Made by a program: the position numbers and the translations under genes
Source of the DNA: Eledone cirrhosa
Taxonomy: Eukaryota
Direction: 5' to 3'
DNA: 64,000 bases
NCBI GenBank assembly: GCA_964016885.1
Contig: OZ024740.1
Coordinates: 15,996,001 to 16,060,000 of the forward strand
Shown here: piece by piece, positions 63,301 to 64,000 of the stretch
Position numbering within the stretch: the stretch's first letter is position 1
Layout of the letters: every line of letters begins with the position of its first letter
Notes under the pieces: model-generated
The model's database searches: none
What the model was told of the DNA's origin: nothing
What the model saw: the letters and a program-made list of their open reading frames with translations, nothing else

Positions 63301-64000
63301 GAAACTCTCAGTAGAGCTAGACAGCAGAAGGTCTTTAGAGAAGAAACTCTCAGGAGAGATGGATAGCAGGAGGTCTTTAGAGAAGAAACTTTCGGGAGAG
63401 CTGGACAGCAGAAGGTCTTTAGAGAAGAAACTCTAAGGAGAGCTGGACAGCAGAAGGTCTTCTGAGAAGAAACTGTCAGGAGAGCTGGACAGCAGAAGGT
63501 CTTCAGAGAAGAAACTCTCAGGAGAGCTGGACAGCAGAAGGTCTTCAGAGAAGAAACTGTCAGGAGAGCTGGACAGCAGAAGGTCTTCAGAGAAGAAACT
63601 CTCAGGAGAGCTGGACAGCAGAAGGTCTTCAGAGAAGAAACTGTCAGGAGAGCTGGACAGCAGAAGGTCTTCAGAGAAGAAACTCTCAGGAGAGCTAGAC
63701 AGCAGAATGTCTTCAGAGAAGTAACTTTCGGGAGTGCTGGATAGCAGAAGGTCTTTAGAGAAGAAACTCTCAGGAGAGCTAGACAGCAGGTCTTCAGAGA
63801 AGACACTGTCAGGAGAGCTGGACAGCAGATGGTCTTCAGAGAAGAAACTCTCAGGCGAGCTGGACAGCAGAAGGTCTTCAGAGAAGAAACTCAGGAGAGC
63901 TGGACAGCAGAAGGTCTTCAGAGAAGAAACTCTGAGGAGAACTGGACAGCAGAAGGTCTTCAGAGAAGAAACTCTCAGGAGAGCTGTACAGTAGGTCTTC
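57364..64000 (+). repeat. Block duplication ~57364-60030 / ~61292-64000 (offset 3928, then 3970 after one extra monomer)
   Basis: ORF pairs 57853/61781, 58356/62284 and 58818/62746 (3928), and 59764/63734 (3970). Extra monomer near 62790. A third partial copy lies at ~51150-52640. Confidence 0.9.

Larger units (their letters stand above)
1..64000 (+). repeat. 42-bp tandem satellite array, ~1,530 monomers, single orientation, extends beyond both window ends
   Basis: AGCAGAAGGTCTTCAGAGAAGAAACTCTCAGGAGAGCTGGAC recurs every 42 bp from base 1 to the end, typically with 0-3 substitutions per copy and occasional 39/40/41-bp monomers. All ORF translations are 14-aa repeats (SRRSSEKKLSGELD, QKVFREETLRRAGQ, AEGLQRRNSQESWT, SSSPESFFSEDLLL, PALLRVSSLKTFCC). 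Confidence 0.99.
27071..64000 (+). repeat. Right satellite sub-family domain
   Basis: Diagnostic variants: 40-bp monomer GAAACTCAGGAG (first at ~27200), GAGATAGAC/GAGATGGAC, CTCTGAGG, AAAACAAACTGTCATGAG, CAGGTGAGCTAGACACC and GAGATTCTGAGAAGAGTTGTAC. The left marker GAGAACAAACTCACGGG was not seen here. Confidence 0.8.

Noticed and set aside
295-63994. All listed ORFs as protein-coding genes (Ser/Arg/Glu-rich, Ser/Leu/Phe-rich or Cys-rich repeat proteins)
   Set aside because: They overlap in up to five frames on both strands and consist only of the 14-aa translation of the monomer. They have no unique N- or C-terminal domain, mostly start at chance GTG/TTG/ATG variants, and are broken by amplified stops and 1-2-bp frameshifts.
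1-64000. CRISPR array or other repeat-spacer system
   Set aside because: There are no unique spacers. The whole unit repeats with scattered point variants, and no cas genes or leader are present.
1-64000. Identity with human HSat1A, avian CNM-type 41-42-bp repeats, telomeric repeats or CENP-B-box satellites
   Set aside because: Only the unit length is similar. The unit is 50% GC, lacks alternating A/T tracts, and I saw no TTAGGG-type motif or CENP-B box. A database search is needed for a definitive answer.
1-64000. Heat-shock elements, G-quadruplex, or long H-DNA tracts
   Set aside because: Consensus GAA/TTC spacings are 4 and 3 nt rather than the 2 required for an HSE. G3 runs occur at most about once per monomer. 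Uninterrupted purine tracts are only ~10 nt.
1-64000. Hidden insertion, inversion, transposon fragment, tRNA or rRNA
   Set aside because: I saw no non-monomer or reverse-orientation segment on reading through, and every ORF translation stays within the repeat. The largest anomalies noticed are a 9-bp deletion (~26005) and a 3-bp insertion (~43521). A very short insert could have been missed by eye.
1-64000. Monomer variants as an information-bearing code or programmed diversification cassette
   Set aside because: Variant order is adequately explained by in-register duplication of blocks plus point mutation. No recombinase, reverse transcriptase, expression site or hypervariable window is present.

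Overview
The whole 64,000-bp window is one uninterrupted head-to-tail tandem array of a 42-bp monomer, about 1,530 copies, all in the same orientation and running off both ends. The consensus is AGCAGAAGGTCTTCAGAGAAGAAACTCTCAGGAGAGCTGGAC (50% GC, 28/42 purines on the + strand). I found no gene, RNA gene, transposon, CRISPR array or unique sequence. The ORF track is explained by the repeat: 42 is divisible by 3 and five of the six consensus frames have no stop codon. The structure worth noting is within the array: (1) the monomer is a chain of overlapping short dyad symmetries with an internal ~16-bp duplication and spans 4 x 10.5 bp; (2) monomer variants reveal irregular, nested higher-order duplications (periods 84, 958, 1000, 1466, 2876, 3052/3175 and 3928/3970 bp); (3) two sub-family domains meet near 27.1 kb, with one right-type island inside the left domain; (4) many common variants are C>T/G>A changes at CAG/CTG and CG sites. 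This looks like eukaryotic satellite DNA, but I cannot determine the organism, family name or function (e.g. centromeric) from the sequence, and I see no support for a new protein-coding system. All counts and boundaries were read by eye and are approximate.
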